NCBI RefSeq assembly: GCF_011386835.1
Contig: NC_088802.1
Span: 22,072,001-22,136,000 of the forward strand
Source of the DNA: Chrysemys picta bellii
Lineage: Eukaryota
Direction: 5' to 3'
Length of the DNA stretch: 64,000 nt
Part shown: positions 23,381-34,267 of the stretch, piece by piece
Layout: every line of letters begins with the position of its first letter
How positions within the stretch are numbered: position 1 is the first letter of the stretch
Position numbers and translations under genes: made by a program
Notes under the pieces: generated by a model
Database searches by the model: none
Seen by the model: the letters and a program-made list of their open reading frames with translations, nothing else
Told to the model about the DNA's origin: nothing

Positions 23381-24356
23381 TTTTTAAAAAAACTGTCTTC
23401 AGCACAGGAGAAAAGGAACAAGGGAAGTTAAAATGAAAGCCTGATTTAATATTTTATATTTCAAACGCTTTAACTGTTTTGCCGCCTTGTCTGTATCTTT
23501 AATAAAAGGTTATAAAAAGAGATTTTAACGGTATGTTTTCCAAGGTACTAAGAGTGAGGTTTCTGCATACCAAATGCCGAACCTTGTTTAAAACTGTTTA
23601 ATGTGGGACATTGACTGAGTTATGTGGACACTTTGGGCCTGTCTATGGATCCAAATTAATAAACACAAACTACCTTGAGATCTTTGTGGGTCACAGATGC
23701 TCCTGAAGAAAACTGCTCAATTCTGCTATTCTGTGTGATGGGAACATAAGAACTGAGTCCAAGCTGAGGCGCGTATCTAGCTCAGTATCCTCTTTCTGAC
23801 AGTGACCAGAACAGGATGGTCAGAAAGTTTCACAGTAGACAGATGTGGTATATTTAGCTCCTCACAGTAGAATTGTATATAAATAGATATTGGCTTAATG
23901 TCTGAAACCTGTTTAATATCCCTTCAGAATATGTTTTCAGAATTAATTATAATAACCCTAAATATTCGTATCTAAACCTTTTCTGAATTTTGCTACATTG
24001 AGATAAAAAATGTAAGGTGTAGCAAAAAGTTCCACTGTCTAATTTTGTCATCTTCATGCCATCAGCACATGCAAAGAACACCCTCCCAACAGTCGCTCAC
24101 CAAACCATCACCCTCACCTTACGAGAATCCAACAGGAAGAAAGAGAGGAGGTCTCCACTGAATGGGCTTCTTCATTTCTCTGTTTTTGTGAATCTCTTCT
24201 GATCTAGAGACATGATACTGCATGCACTTGAATGTTTAGACTAAATGGACATACTTCTGCAGCCTGTCTGCATTCAGAACTCCAACTGAGGCTTACAAGA
24301 CTTCCACTTACAGACCCCCTGCAGGACTGAAATTAATCAACATTATGTATGATCCC

Positions 24357-25290
24357 TGTGACGTTGCAGTCTATATGATTTTATAAAAATATGCTAATGG
24401 GTGAATAAAAAGTAACTGGAATATGCTTCACGCAACAGGTCTCTTAAGGTATCATTACAAAGCTTATTGTCTACTGAGTGTGATCATCCTATTTGTATAA
24501 AGGTATCACTCTTGTTTCTGAAACTAGAAATATGAACTATAACTCTGAGGGCGTATTGTAATTATGCAAACTGTGAGTCATTAGTGGTGGCTTGAAATCT
24601 TAATGGCTCCCATTAACCAGGACAATCGACTGTAGGTGGCTCTATTTGTAGGCAAGCCTTCCAGTGAGGCAGGCTGGGAGGAATGAAGGCTTGGGTCTTC
24701 ACAGTGACATGTGAAAATGGCACATTAACTGGAATCCATCTTTAACCTGGTGCTTTTCCAGTGAGAGGAGGGATGGGAACCCAGAGGGACAAAGGATTCC
24801 CGCCTTATGCAAAAGATTTCTATGTGGGTGGAACAGAAAAAGGGGAGCCATCATGAGGAATCCCCTAGCTACCACCTGAGCTGGAACAAGAGCTGTACCA
24901 GGGGAAGAATTGTGCCCAGGTCTGGAAGGTGTCCAGTCTGAGGAAAAAACGTACTGAAGCATCTCTAAGGGTGAGATTATCTGTATTCAGTTTGATTAGA
25001 CATAGAGAGATATGCACTGCTGTTTGCCCACCCAGGTATTAACACATTGTCTGAGTTAATTAATAAGTAAAAAGTGATTTTATTAAATACAGAAAGTAGG
25101 ATTTAAGTGGTTCCAAATAGTAACAGACAAAACAAAGTAAGTCACCAAACAAAATAAAATAAAACCCACACATCTACCAGTGTTATAGAAGGCGAACAAT
25201 TTATGAGTTTACACTGTATAAGCTTTATACAGGGTAAAATGGATTTATTTGCGTTTTGACTCCATCAGGAGTTGGGCATCTGAGGCGTAT
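24357..25290 (+). mobile_element. LTR (3'-truncated)
   Basis: Starts TGTGACG; homologous to 45568-46547; absent at the paralogous site 13621-13635. Confidence 0.7.
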
Positions 25291-26350
25291 GACTTTAGGT
25301 CGAATTAAGCAGCCTTACCTCGATTTAAGCCTGGACTCGTCCACACGACGAAGCCCTTTTTTGCAACTTACAGGGCTCTTTAAATCGATTTCTTTACTCC
25401 ACCTCCGAGGGGATTAGCGCTGAAATCAGCCTCGCTGGGTCAAATTTGGGGTAGTGTGGACGCAATTCAACAGTATTGGACTCCGGGAGCTATCCCAGAG
25501 TGCTCCATTGTGACTGCTCTGGACAACGCTCTCAACTCAGATGCACTGGCCAGTTAGACAGGAAAAGGCCCGCGAACTTTTGAATCTCATTTCCTGTTTG
25601 GCCAGCGTGGCAAGGTGCAGGTGAGTGCAGATCTCATCAGCAGAGGTGACCATGTTGGAGTCCCAGGATCTCAAAAGTGGTCCTGCATGGACCGAACGGG
25701 AGGTATGGGATCTGTTCGCAGTATGGGGAGACAAATAAGTGCTAGCTGAACTCCGTTCCAGTAAACGAAATGCCAAAACATTAGAAAAAGTCTCAAAGGG
25801 CATGAAGAACAGAGGCCATAACAGAGACGCAAAGCAGTGCCACGTGAAAATTAAGGAGCTACGGCAAGCTTACCAAAAAACCAGAGAGGCAAACGGCCAC
25901 TCTGGGTCAGAGCCCCAAACATGCCGCTTCTATGATGATCTGCATGCCATGCTAGGGGGTGTGGCCACCACTACCCCAATCCTGTGCTTTGACTCCAACA
26001 ATAGAGAAGCACACAACACGGAAGCGGGTTTTGGTGACTAGGAAGATTATGAGGATGATAGCTCACAGGAAGGAAGTGGAGAAACTGGTTTCCCCAACAG
26101 CCAGGATATGTTTTTCACCCTGGAGCCAGTACCCCCGAACCAACCCAAGGCATACTCCCGGACTCTGAAGGCGGAGAAGGGACCTCTGGTGAGTGTACCA
26201 TTGTAAATATTACACATGGTTTAAAAGCAAGCGTGTTTAATGATTAATTTGCCCTGGCATTCATGGCCAGTACAGCTACTGGAAACGTCTGCCAACGTAT
26301 CTGGGGATGGAGTGGAAATCCTCCAGGGACATCTCCATAAAGCTCTCCTG
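25290..26350 (+). mobile_element. PIF/Harbinger fragment carrying a Myb/SANT-like ORF pseudogene
   Basis: ATG 25652: PAWTEREVWDLFAVWG, stop at 25736-25738, then in frame KQCHVKIKELRQAYQK...CRFYDDLHAMLG. Confidence 0.85.
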
Positions 26351-26626
26351 GAGAGAGAGAATGTTACTGAAAAACTACTAGAGTGACCAAAGGATGGTAC
26401 CATCGTGTCTACAAAATTTACACCTGGGTTTGACTCACTACATCAATCAGTGCTGTGGATACAGCTTCACCAGTGTGCCATATAGAGGAACAGTACCATG
26501 GTACTTTGATTTGTGTGAGGGTCAATTGTTGTATTGCAGACTGGTGTTCTGTAGAATCAAGGGTGCATCAGTTATGCTTTCAAGTATGCTTTAAAGTATT
26601 TAATGTTATAATAGCCTATCAGATGA

Positions 26627-27659
26627 TGTGAAAAGGTGCAACCTGAGACTGTGGGACTGCTGTGCCCCCTGAATTCACCATCCTGGGGTGTGTCTCAAAA
26701 TGCTCTGCTACTGACAAGCAGCAAACCACTCTCCAGGTTCTGTTATCATTCAGTCCAGCAGCATGTGAAGTCCCACATCCAGCTAGATTGCATGAATGTT
26801 CTCAGAGCCACTCATGAAATCCCAGAGAGAAAGGCACCAACCAGATCCTCCCAGCCTTCTACCTCAGGGATATACTGTCTTGCACTGCTCAAGATCACGT
26901 CTCAAACAATGCAAATGTATTAATTGATTTGCCACTTCTTTAAGGGGAGTGGACATGCACAGCCTTTGCAACCTGAGTAGATTTACCAAACACTTCAGAC
27001 AAATTCACTAGTAAGAATAAACATAAAAGTAAGTTTACTGACTGCAAAAGATAGATTTTAAGTGATTACAAGTAGTAAGCGTATAGATCAAAGTTAGTTT
27101 AAGAAATACAATAAAATCGCAGTCTGGGTTCTAATAACTGAACAAGATTTTAATCAAGCAATATCTCACCCTGATAGATGATATAAATAATTCTTTAGTA
27201 TGCAGGCTAGAAATCCTTTCAGCCTGGGACCCCCTCCCCAGTTCAGAGTCTTTGTTTTCTAGATGTTCCTTCAGGTGTTGAGTTGTGGTGGGGAGAGAGA
27301 ACAAGTCATGATGTCACTCTTCTTTTTTTATAGCTTCCTCCAGTGGGTGGAGTGTTACTGTTTCAAATACAGCCCCCAGCCGAGTTTATGGAAAAACGCA
27401 GTTTACAAAATAGAGTCAGGTTCACATGAGTGAGTCACATGCCCTTACATACTTTGATGACTCCACAACAGCAGCCATCCCCCATACTTCAGCTAGAAAG
27501 TTTACAGGTGGGGACAGGTTTCTTCTATGGTCCATTAATGGGCCATTAACTTGAATAGTCCGTTCACAATGTGTTGGCCAGACAAGATGTAAATACCTGG
27601 TGGGTGTCACCCCAGTAGGAAACATCTGAAATACCGGTACCTACTTAATATTCATAACT
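26627..27659. mobile_element. LTR-like element, truncated
   Basis: Starts TGTGA; collinear with 48669-49774; both end at ttaatattcat. Confidence 0.65.
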
Positions 27660-27973
27660 GCTCCTTCCTCCTCACCCTGATCTCCTACATTCCTATCATC
27701 TCCACTATCCTAAGGATACACTCTGCGGACGGCAGGTGTAAAGCCTTCTCCACCTGTTGCTCCCACCTTATTGTAGTTGGTTTGTTGTACCTGGCAGCTT
27801 TTTTCCAGTACACAAAACCCAGCTCAGTCTCCTCTGTGGCTCTGGATGAAATGTTCTCCGTCCAGTACAGCATCCTAACTCCCATGTTAAACCCCATTAT
27901 CTACAGCCTGAAAAATAAGGAGGTGAAAACAGCTCGAAGGAATATATTGGAGGAATTCAGCTCTCTCAAGTAG
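27660..27973 (+). pseudogene. 5'-truncated OR (TM5 to stop), paralog D
   Basis: In frame from 27662: SFLLTLISY...KAFSTCCSHL...PMLNPIIYSLKNKEVK; no TM1-TM4; abuts the LTR directly. Confidence 0.9.
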
Positions 27974-28419
27974 AGCTCAGCATAGAACTTTTTGTAACTA
28001 GTGTTTGGGATGTTCTCAGCTCAGGTATCTGACTGACACTTTGGGCTGAATCCTCTGCTGTTCTAAAACAGTGTAGATCCATTGAAGTCAATTGGCCAGA
28101 TCCCCAGCACGTGTAAATCAGCCATAGTTCTATTGGAGCCAGTGGGGGTGATCCCCAGCTGAGGCTAGATTCACAAAGGGATTTAGACATGAACAGGAGA
28201 GATTTAGAGACACCCACATCAAGATATCCCATAATACAAGGTCAAGGCATGCACATGGGAGGGGGCAGATCCCTGTTTCAATCATTTCTCCTCATCAGAC
28301 ACTTGAAGTAGGGGTCTCCCACATCCGAGATGAGTACCATAACCACTGGCATAAAAGTTATGCTGGAGCTCCTCTTCCTAATTCCTTCTCCTTGTTGGAC
28401 AAAAACAAATGTGTATATA

Positions 28420-28900
28420 ACTGGTCATGAACAAATTCAGGCTGGAAATTAGAAGAAGGTTTCTCACCAACAGAGGGGTGAGATTCTGGAACAACCTTCC
28501 AACAGGAGCTGTAGGGACACACAACTTAATTAGTTTTAAGAGAGAGCTGGATAAATTTATGAGTGCAACTGTACGATTGCATTTCCTGAGATGTTGGAGG
28601 GCACGGCTTAGCAGCCCTGGGCCTCACTTCTGGTTTATGTCTTAGCTTCCTAAAGCTCATGCTTCAGGGTTTCGGGTAAGGAAGGGGATCCCCCTCTGGG
28701 AACATATTCTGGAAGGGTTTTGTTGTTGTTGTTGTTGTTTTTGGTCTCCTTCCTCTGAAGCATCAGGGATGGCCACAGCTGTAGATGGGATCCTGGATGA
28801 GGTGGGCCAGGCCTCTGAGGTGGCACCATGTATTCTCTCTGTCAGATGTTTGCTGAGGCCTTTCTTGCTCACATAATCAGGGACTAACTGATCTTCAACT
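28420..28900 (+). mobile_element. CR1 3' fragment
   Basis: KFRLEIRRRFLTNRGVRFWNNLP C-terminal motif; inverted copy at 55630-56104. Confidence 0.75.
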
Positions 28901-28924
28901 CTCACCCAGCACATTTCACTTCAA

Positions 28925-29229
28925 TTTTGACTTTTTCTTTTTTTTTACTCTTTCTATATTATTTACTTTTAAATGTTATTTTTTATTTTTTTTTATTTTC
29001 CATTTTTGTTTTTTATGTTTTCTTTTTAATATATTTATATTTTATTTTATTTTATTGTGTCTTATATTTTAATGTTACGTTTTATAGTTTTTTATTTTTA
29101 TAGTGTTTATTTTAATTTTACATCATTTTGGTTTATATTATTTTAGTTTTTTATATTTCATTTCTTTTTCTTTTATAATTGTATAGTGTTTTATTTCTTT
29201 TCATTTGTTTTAGAATTATGATGTATTTG
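28925..29229. repeat. T-rich low-complexity tract
   Basis: Strongly strand-skewed AT-rich sequence; A-rich mirror at 55334-55610. Confidence 0.85.
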
Positions 29230-29665
29230 CAAAACTAAATTCACTGAAAATGACACGTCCCAGTAGAAAGGTTTGATTTTGATGAATAAACATCTCCATC
29301 AGAAAATTTTCAATTGGCATCCAACTGAGTGTTCAAGCCAAGGTGTGGGCTTCAACTACAATCCCAGTTTTAATTATCCTCAGTGAGTGCTTGGCCATAT
29401 AAAGAGACTGGGAATTTCCTCTATAAATGAGACTATGGCTGATGACTGCAATGATGATGGGGAGATGAGATGCTTCCAGTAGCCTGATTTCCACTAAAAT
29501 CAGGCCCACAGAATCCCCTATGTGGTGCTCTAGGCAGGGGAAAACTCTTTGAGATGCCCTCACCCAAATCCCCAACTTCAGGTCCCTAAACCCCTCACAC
29601 TCTAGACCGTAACCCAGAGGTCACTGCCTCATCCCTGTATTCAGAGTCTATGTAATCAATACAGA

Positions 29666-29844
29666 GAAGTATCAGAGGGGTAGCCGTGTTAGTCTGGATC
29701 TGTATTAGCAGCAAAGAGTCCTGTGGCACCTTATAGACTAACAGACATATTGCAGCATGGGCTTTCGTGGGTGAATTCACCCACGAAAGCTCATGCTCCA
29801 ATACGTCTGTTAGTCTATAAGGTGCCACAGGACTCTCTGCTGCT
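29666..29844. mobile_element. Penelope-like fold-back insertion
   Basis: Zero-loop palindrome centred at 29775/29776; 8-bp TSD aatacaga (29658-29665, 29845-29852); absent from arm 2. Confidence 0.8.
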
Positions 29845-30554
29845 AATACAGAAAAGATCATTCAATTTTCAGAATGTCACTAAGCAGTTTGAATCAACAA
29901 TATTCCTTGGCAGAGAAATCCAAAAGTTTATATGCAATGATCACAAAGCAGCATAAAAACTGATCTACATGGTACAGCATAAATGAAATCAAATGATGAC
30001 CACCTAAAAAGGCTTAGGAGGTGAGGGTCTGGACTGGCACAACCTCACTCATGGTGTGTTGGTTTCTGTCAGGGACAATGGAAGCTTCTGAAGTCCAAAC
30101 CAAGCCAATTCGCAGCCAGCAAAATTGTGGGGTGTTTTACCAGCCCAAACGAGTCTGTGAGAATTCAGGGAATCCAGTGCCTACACCTTCATTTACAACA
30201 CTCCTCCTGGTGATCTGGTTTTCCCACTGCACACCACTAGTATCAGCTCTTGGGAGCAGAATGAAGGGAGTAAGGCTTAATCTGTTGCCAGACAGAAAAA
30301 TGAGGGTTTTTACACAAATCTGAGCTTGCCTTAGCAGCATGTTTGTGTGTCAGTTTTTCTCATTCACTCTCAGATGTCATAAGCCTCCATTATATGACTC
30401 CAAGCCCCCAGCCTGTGTGCTCAGACCAGTATTTGGGTGGGTGACCTGAAGGAGAGGGAGCATTTGAACATTAATGCATTTAATTTGATAATGTGATATT
30501 GACGTTTAACAAATGCTGTTCTTGTTCTCTTGTAGAGTTTGGTTCATTTCTGCC

Positions 30555-31484
30555 ATGGTAGACGCAGAACAGGGAAATCAAACCTCCCTCACAGAGTTCA
30601 TCCTCCTGGGATTTGGGACTGTCCCAAAACTGCAGATCCTTCTCTTTCTGCTGTTCCTTGTGATTTACATTGTGACCATGGCCGGGAACATCCTCATTGT
30701 TGTGCTAGTTGTGGCTGATCAGCACCTTCACACCCCCATGTACTTCTTCCTGGGGAACTTGTCCTGCTTGGAAACCTGCTACACCTCCACCGTCCTGCCC
30801 AGGATGCTGGCCAGTCTCCTGACTGGGGAAAAGACCATTTCTATTGGTGGCTGCATCACACAATGTTACTTTGTTGGCTTCTTTGCAGCCACCGAGTGTT
30901 ATCTCCTGGCAGCAATGTCTTATGATCGGTACCTAGCGATATGCAAACCACTGCATTATGCAACCCTTATGAATGGCAGTTTCTGCCTCCAGCTAGCAGC
31001 TGGGTCTTGGATAAGTGGGTTACTGGCTAGTTCCATAGTAACTGGTATGATGTTACAATTACCTTTCAGTGGCCCCAATGAAATTGATCATTTCTTCTGT
31101 GAATTTACACAAATAATAAATCTCTACCGCAATGACATCTACCAGGTGGAGCTTTTAATTACCATTCTGTCTGCTTTATTCACCCTGCCCCCATTTGCTT
31201 TAACTGGGACATCCTACCTGTGTATCATCTCCACCATCATGCGAATCCCTTCCACCACCGGGAGGCAAAAGGCATTTTCTACCTGCTCCTCTCACCTCAT
31301 TGTGGTGACAATTTTCTATGGGACCCTGATCATTGTGTATTTGCTACCAAACACCAACACACTCAGAGACCTCAACAAAGTGTTCTCTGTCTTCTACACA
31401 ATTCTGACTCCTATGGCCAATCCCTTCATATACAGCCTGAGAAACAAAGAGGTGAAAGAGGCCCTGAGAAAAAAATGCCAGTAA
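30555..31484 (+). CDS. Class II olfactory receptor, 309 aa, intact (second subfamily, OR6/10/11-like; paralog C)
   Basis: GNQT, LHTPMYFFLGNLS, MSYDRYLAIC, KAFSTCSSHL, PMANPFIYSL; ORF-track start 30513 lies in the polypyrimidine tract before acceptor tgtag at 30535, so ATG 30555 is preferred. Confidence 0.93.
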   Translation: MVDAEQGNQTSLTEFILLGFGTVPKLQILLFLLFLVIYIVTMAGNILIVVLVVADQHLHTPMYFFLGNLSCLETCYTSTVLPRMLASLLTGEKTISIGGCITQCYFVGFFAATECYLLAAMSYDRYLAICKPLHYATLMNGSFCLQLAAGSWISGLLASSIVTGMMLQLPFSGPNEIDHFFCEFTQIINLYRNDIYQVELLITILSALFTLPPFALTGTSYLCIISTIMRIPSTTGRQKAFSTCSSHLIVVTIFYGTLIIVYLLPNTNTLRDLNKVFSVFYTILTPMANPFIYSLRNKEVKEALRKKCQ

Positions 31485-31624
31485 ATGTGTAGATTAATAT
31501 CTCATGATTTTTAAGCCATTCTCATCATTTTTCACACCTGTCTCATTAAGTTTGCACATTAGGGTTGAATTTATGGGCTTGTCTTTGGATCAGTTTACCC
31601 TGCAATCATGGGGTGTGATTTCAG

Positions 31625-31885
31625 CTGGTGTAGACAGTCCCCAGCGAGCTTTACTCTAGCTACCAAGTACTGGAGCATTAAAGCTGCGGCAGCGCACGCT
31701 TCAGCTGAGACTAGCCATTCAAGTAAGTTCACAGGATTCCGGGTGGGCTGCTACAGCCTAGGCTGAAGCACAGGCTGCTGCAGGTCCATTGCTCCAGTAC
31801 CTGAGCTAGGTAGATTAAAGCTGACCTGGGTGTGTCTACACGAGCTGCGGTAACATCCCATGATTGCAGTGCAGACATACCCCTA
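31625..31885. mobile_element. Harbinger-type MITE
   Basis: gtgtagac ... gtgcagacataccc ends; inverted copy at ~52865-53130. Confidence 0.6.
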
Positions 31886-33251
31886 ACTGCAACGTTAGCT
31901 CGAGGCCCAACTTGAGTTAAACTCGAGCTGTGGCTTTTGTCTTTTAATATATACAATTGTGTATATATATATATATACACACAATTGTAAAACCTATCAA
32001 TTATGTTTTTTTTTTTTTTTTACACTGTACCCTGGATTTCTTAACAATTTAAGGCAGAGCAGTTTTTGTTGGGTTGTCTTTTTGTATTCTGGTCAATTTG
32101 TTTAGGCAAAACTAAAAAAATGCTTACATTATTTGTAAAATTTGTGATAGTATAGCTTTTAATCACTTTATTTAATTGCAATCCTGTGATTAAAAAAATC
32201 TTTCACTGAAAAGGACAACCGTTTTTCAAAAAGGGGGTGGGGGTTATGTTTCTTCAGATAACAGGGGTGAGTGGGGTCTGTCTTTATCTTACTCCTTCAT
32301 ACAGGTAGAAATGCTTCATGACACGGCTGTCTCTTTGTTGCAAAATGTTGCTTGCCTAGTGTCATGTTTAGATCCAATATAAAAGCATGTGAATATAACT
32401 TAACTTCTGCAACAAAATATTTTTTATTAGAAATAAACCCTTGTTATCTGAAGCTGTTACCTTCTGCAACGAAATAATTTTTTATCTTACTCCTTCACGC
32501 AATTACTCAAGCCACGTGGCTTTTGTCTTTTTAAGCTTTTATTGTAAATGGTGGGAATATTACATTCACCCCAAAATCTTCATGCTTTACAAAGGATATC
32601 CTGTAAAGCGGTGTTACAAAGTTTAAATTAAAAGGCCTCCTTACAGCTAAAGTCAATGGGTGCTAATTTCCAATAAATGTAAAGACTATAAAAATGGAAT
32701 AAGATAAATTGATATAAAGGTTAGGTAAAGGCTGGTATATTACTACAAAAACTTGTATTATATACAGTGTTTGTCTTTTCATTCCGTTGTTTAAAGAGCT
32801 GCATTTTTTTAAACAGACCACCGGTCAAAAGCCACGACACTTGGGACGTTGTGATTGGTTCAGGGAAATATATTCTATGGTGTTGCTGTAGGTTCTGATT
32901 GACTCAACCAAGAGGCATAGTTTGCCCCAGGCTGGCTAACCTTGGATTTGCTGGCATTTGCCTAGAGGTAGCTGCAGGGGTAAGACGCTTTTCTCTTCTC
33001 TCTGCCATGTGGCCAGTGACACAGTCTTAGGTAGATTAGATTAGAGACAGAGATAGGTCAAAAGTGCCCAAATGACTTGGAAGCTTAACTCCCATTAATT
33101 TTCTATGGCACCTAGATTAATAGATATTTAAGCCCAGAAAGGATCATTAGATCATCTATTCTGACCTCCTGTATAACAGGGGTCATTAAACTTCACCCAG
33201 TTGCCCCTGGATTGAGTCTAATAACTTATGTTATTAGACTCAATGTCTAGT

Positions 33252-34267
33252 AGGCTCTATGTCTAGTTGGCAGCCGGTTTCAAGCGGAGTGCCCCAAAGG
33301 TCGGTCCTGGGGCCGGTTTTGTTTAATATCTTTATTAATGATCTGGAGGATGGTGTGGACTGCACTCTCAGCAAGTTTGCAGATGACACTAAACTGGGAG
33401 GCGTGGTAGATACACTAGAGGGTAGGGATCGGATACAGAGGGACCTAGACAAATTAGAGGATTGGGCCAAAAAAACCCTGATGAGGTTCAACAAGGACAA
33501 GTGCAGAGTCCTGTACTTAGGACGGAAGAATCCCATGCACTGCTACAGACTAGGGACCGAATGGCTGGGTAGCAGTTCTGCAGAAAAGGACCTAGGGGTC
33601 ACAGTGGACGAGAAGCTGGATATGAGTCAACAGTGTGCTCTTGTTGCCAAGAAGGCTAACGACATTTTGGGCTGTATAAGTAGGGGCATTGCCAGCAGAT
33701 CGAGGAACGTGATCGTTCCCCTTTATTCGACATTGGTGAGGCCTCATCTGGAACACTGTGTCCAGTTTTGGGCCCCACACTACAAGAAGGATGTGGAAAA
33801 ATTGGAAAGAGTCCAGCGGAGGGCAACAAAAATGATTAGGGGTCTGGAGCACATGAGTTATGAGGAGAGGCTGAGGGAACTGGGATTGTTTAGTCTCCAG
33901 AAGAGAAGAATGGGGGGGGATTTGATAGCTGCTTTCAAGTACCTGAAGGGTTGGTTCCAAAGAGGATGGAGCTCGGCTGTTCTCAGTGGTGGCAGATGAC
34001 AGAACAAGGAGCAATGGTCTCAAGTTGCAGCGGGGGAGGTCTAGGTTGGATATTAGGAAAAACTTTTTCACTAGGAGGGTGGTGAAGCACTGGAATGAGT
34101 TAGCTAGGGAGGTGGTGGAGTCTCCTTCTTTGGAAGTTTTTAAGGTCAGGCTTGACAAAGCCCTGGCTGGGATGATTTAGTTGAGAATTGGTCCTGCTTT
34201 GAGCAGGGGGTTGGACTAGATGACCTCTTGAGGTCCCTTCCAACCCTGATATTCTATGATTCTATGA
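33252..34267 (+). mobile_element. 5'-truncated CR1 LINE (~1 kb), relatively young
   Basis: ORFs 33259..33999 and 33986..34180 (single frameshift); tail attctatgattctatga; absent from arm 2 at ~51460. Confidence 0.95.

Noticed and set aside
25652-26041. Domesticated Myb/SANT or HARBI1-like host gene (also 63529 onward)
   Set aside because: Both have in-frame stops at conserved positions and lie in repeat context.
28427-28645. Identical 72-aa ORF in both inverted arms
   Set aside because: It is the CR1 ORF2 C-terminus read into the 3' UTR; the identity reflects a conversion-like DNA tract, not coding constraint.
29666-29852. CRISPR-like or miRNA locus
   Set aside because: No repeat-spacer array anywhere in the window; the hairpin is TE-derived, arm-specific and TSD-flanked.
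30010-30030. Candidate native donor for ORs C and F (GAG|GTGAGG and GAG|GTGATG)
   Set aside because: Weak consensus and no clear EBF site nearby; cannot be supported from sequence alone.
30513-30554. N-terminal extensions of ORs C and F in the ORF track
   Set aside because: They span the polypyrimidine tract and acceptor and differ by a 9-nt indel between copies; probably intronic or UTR.
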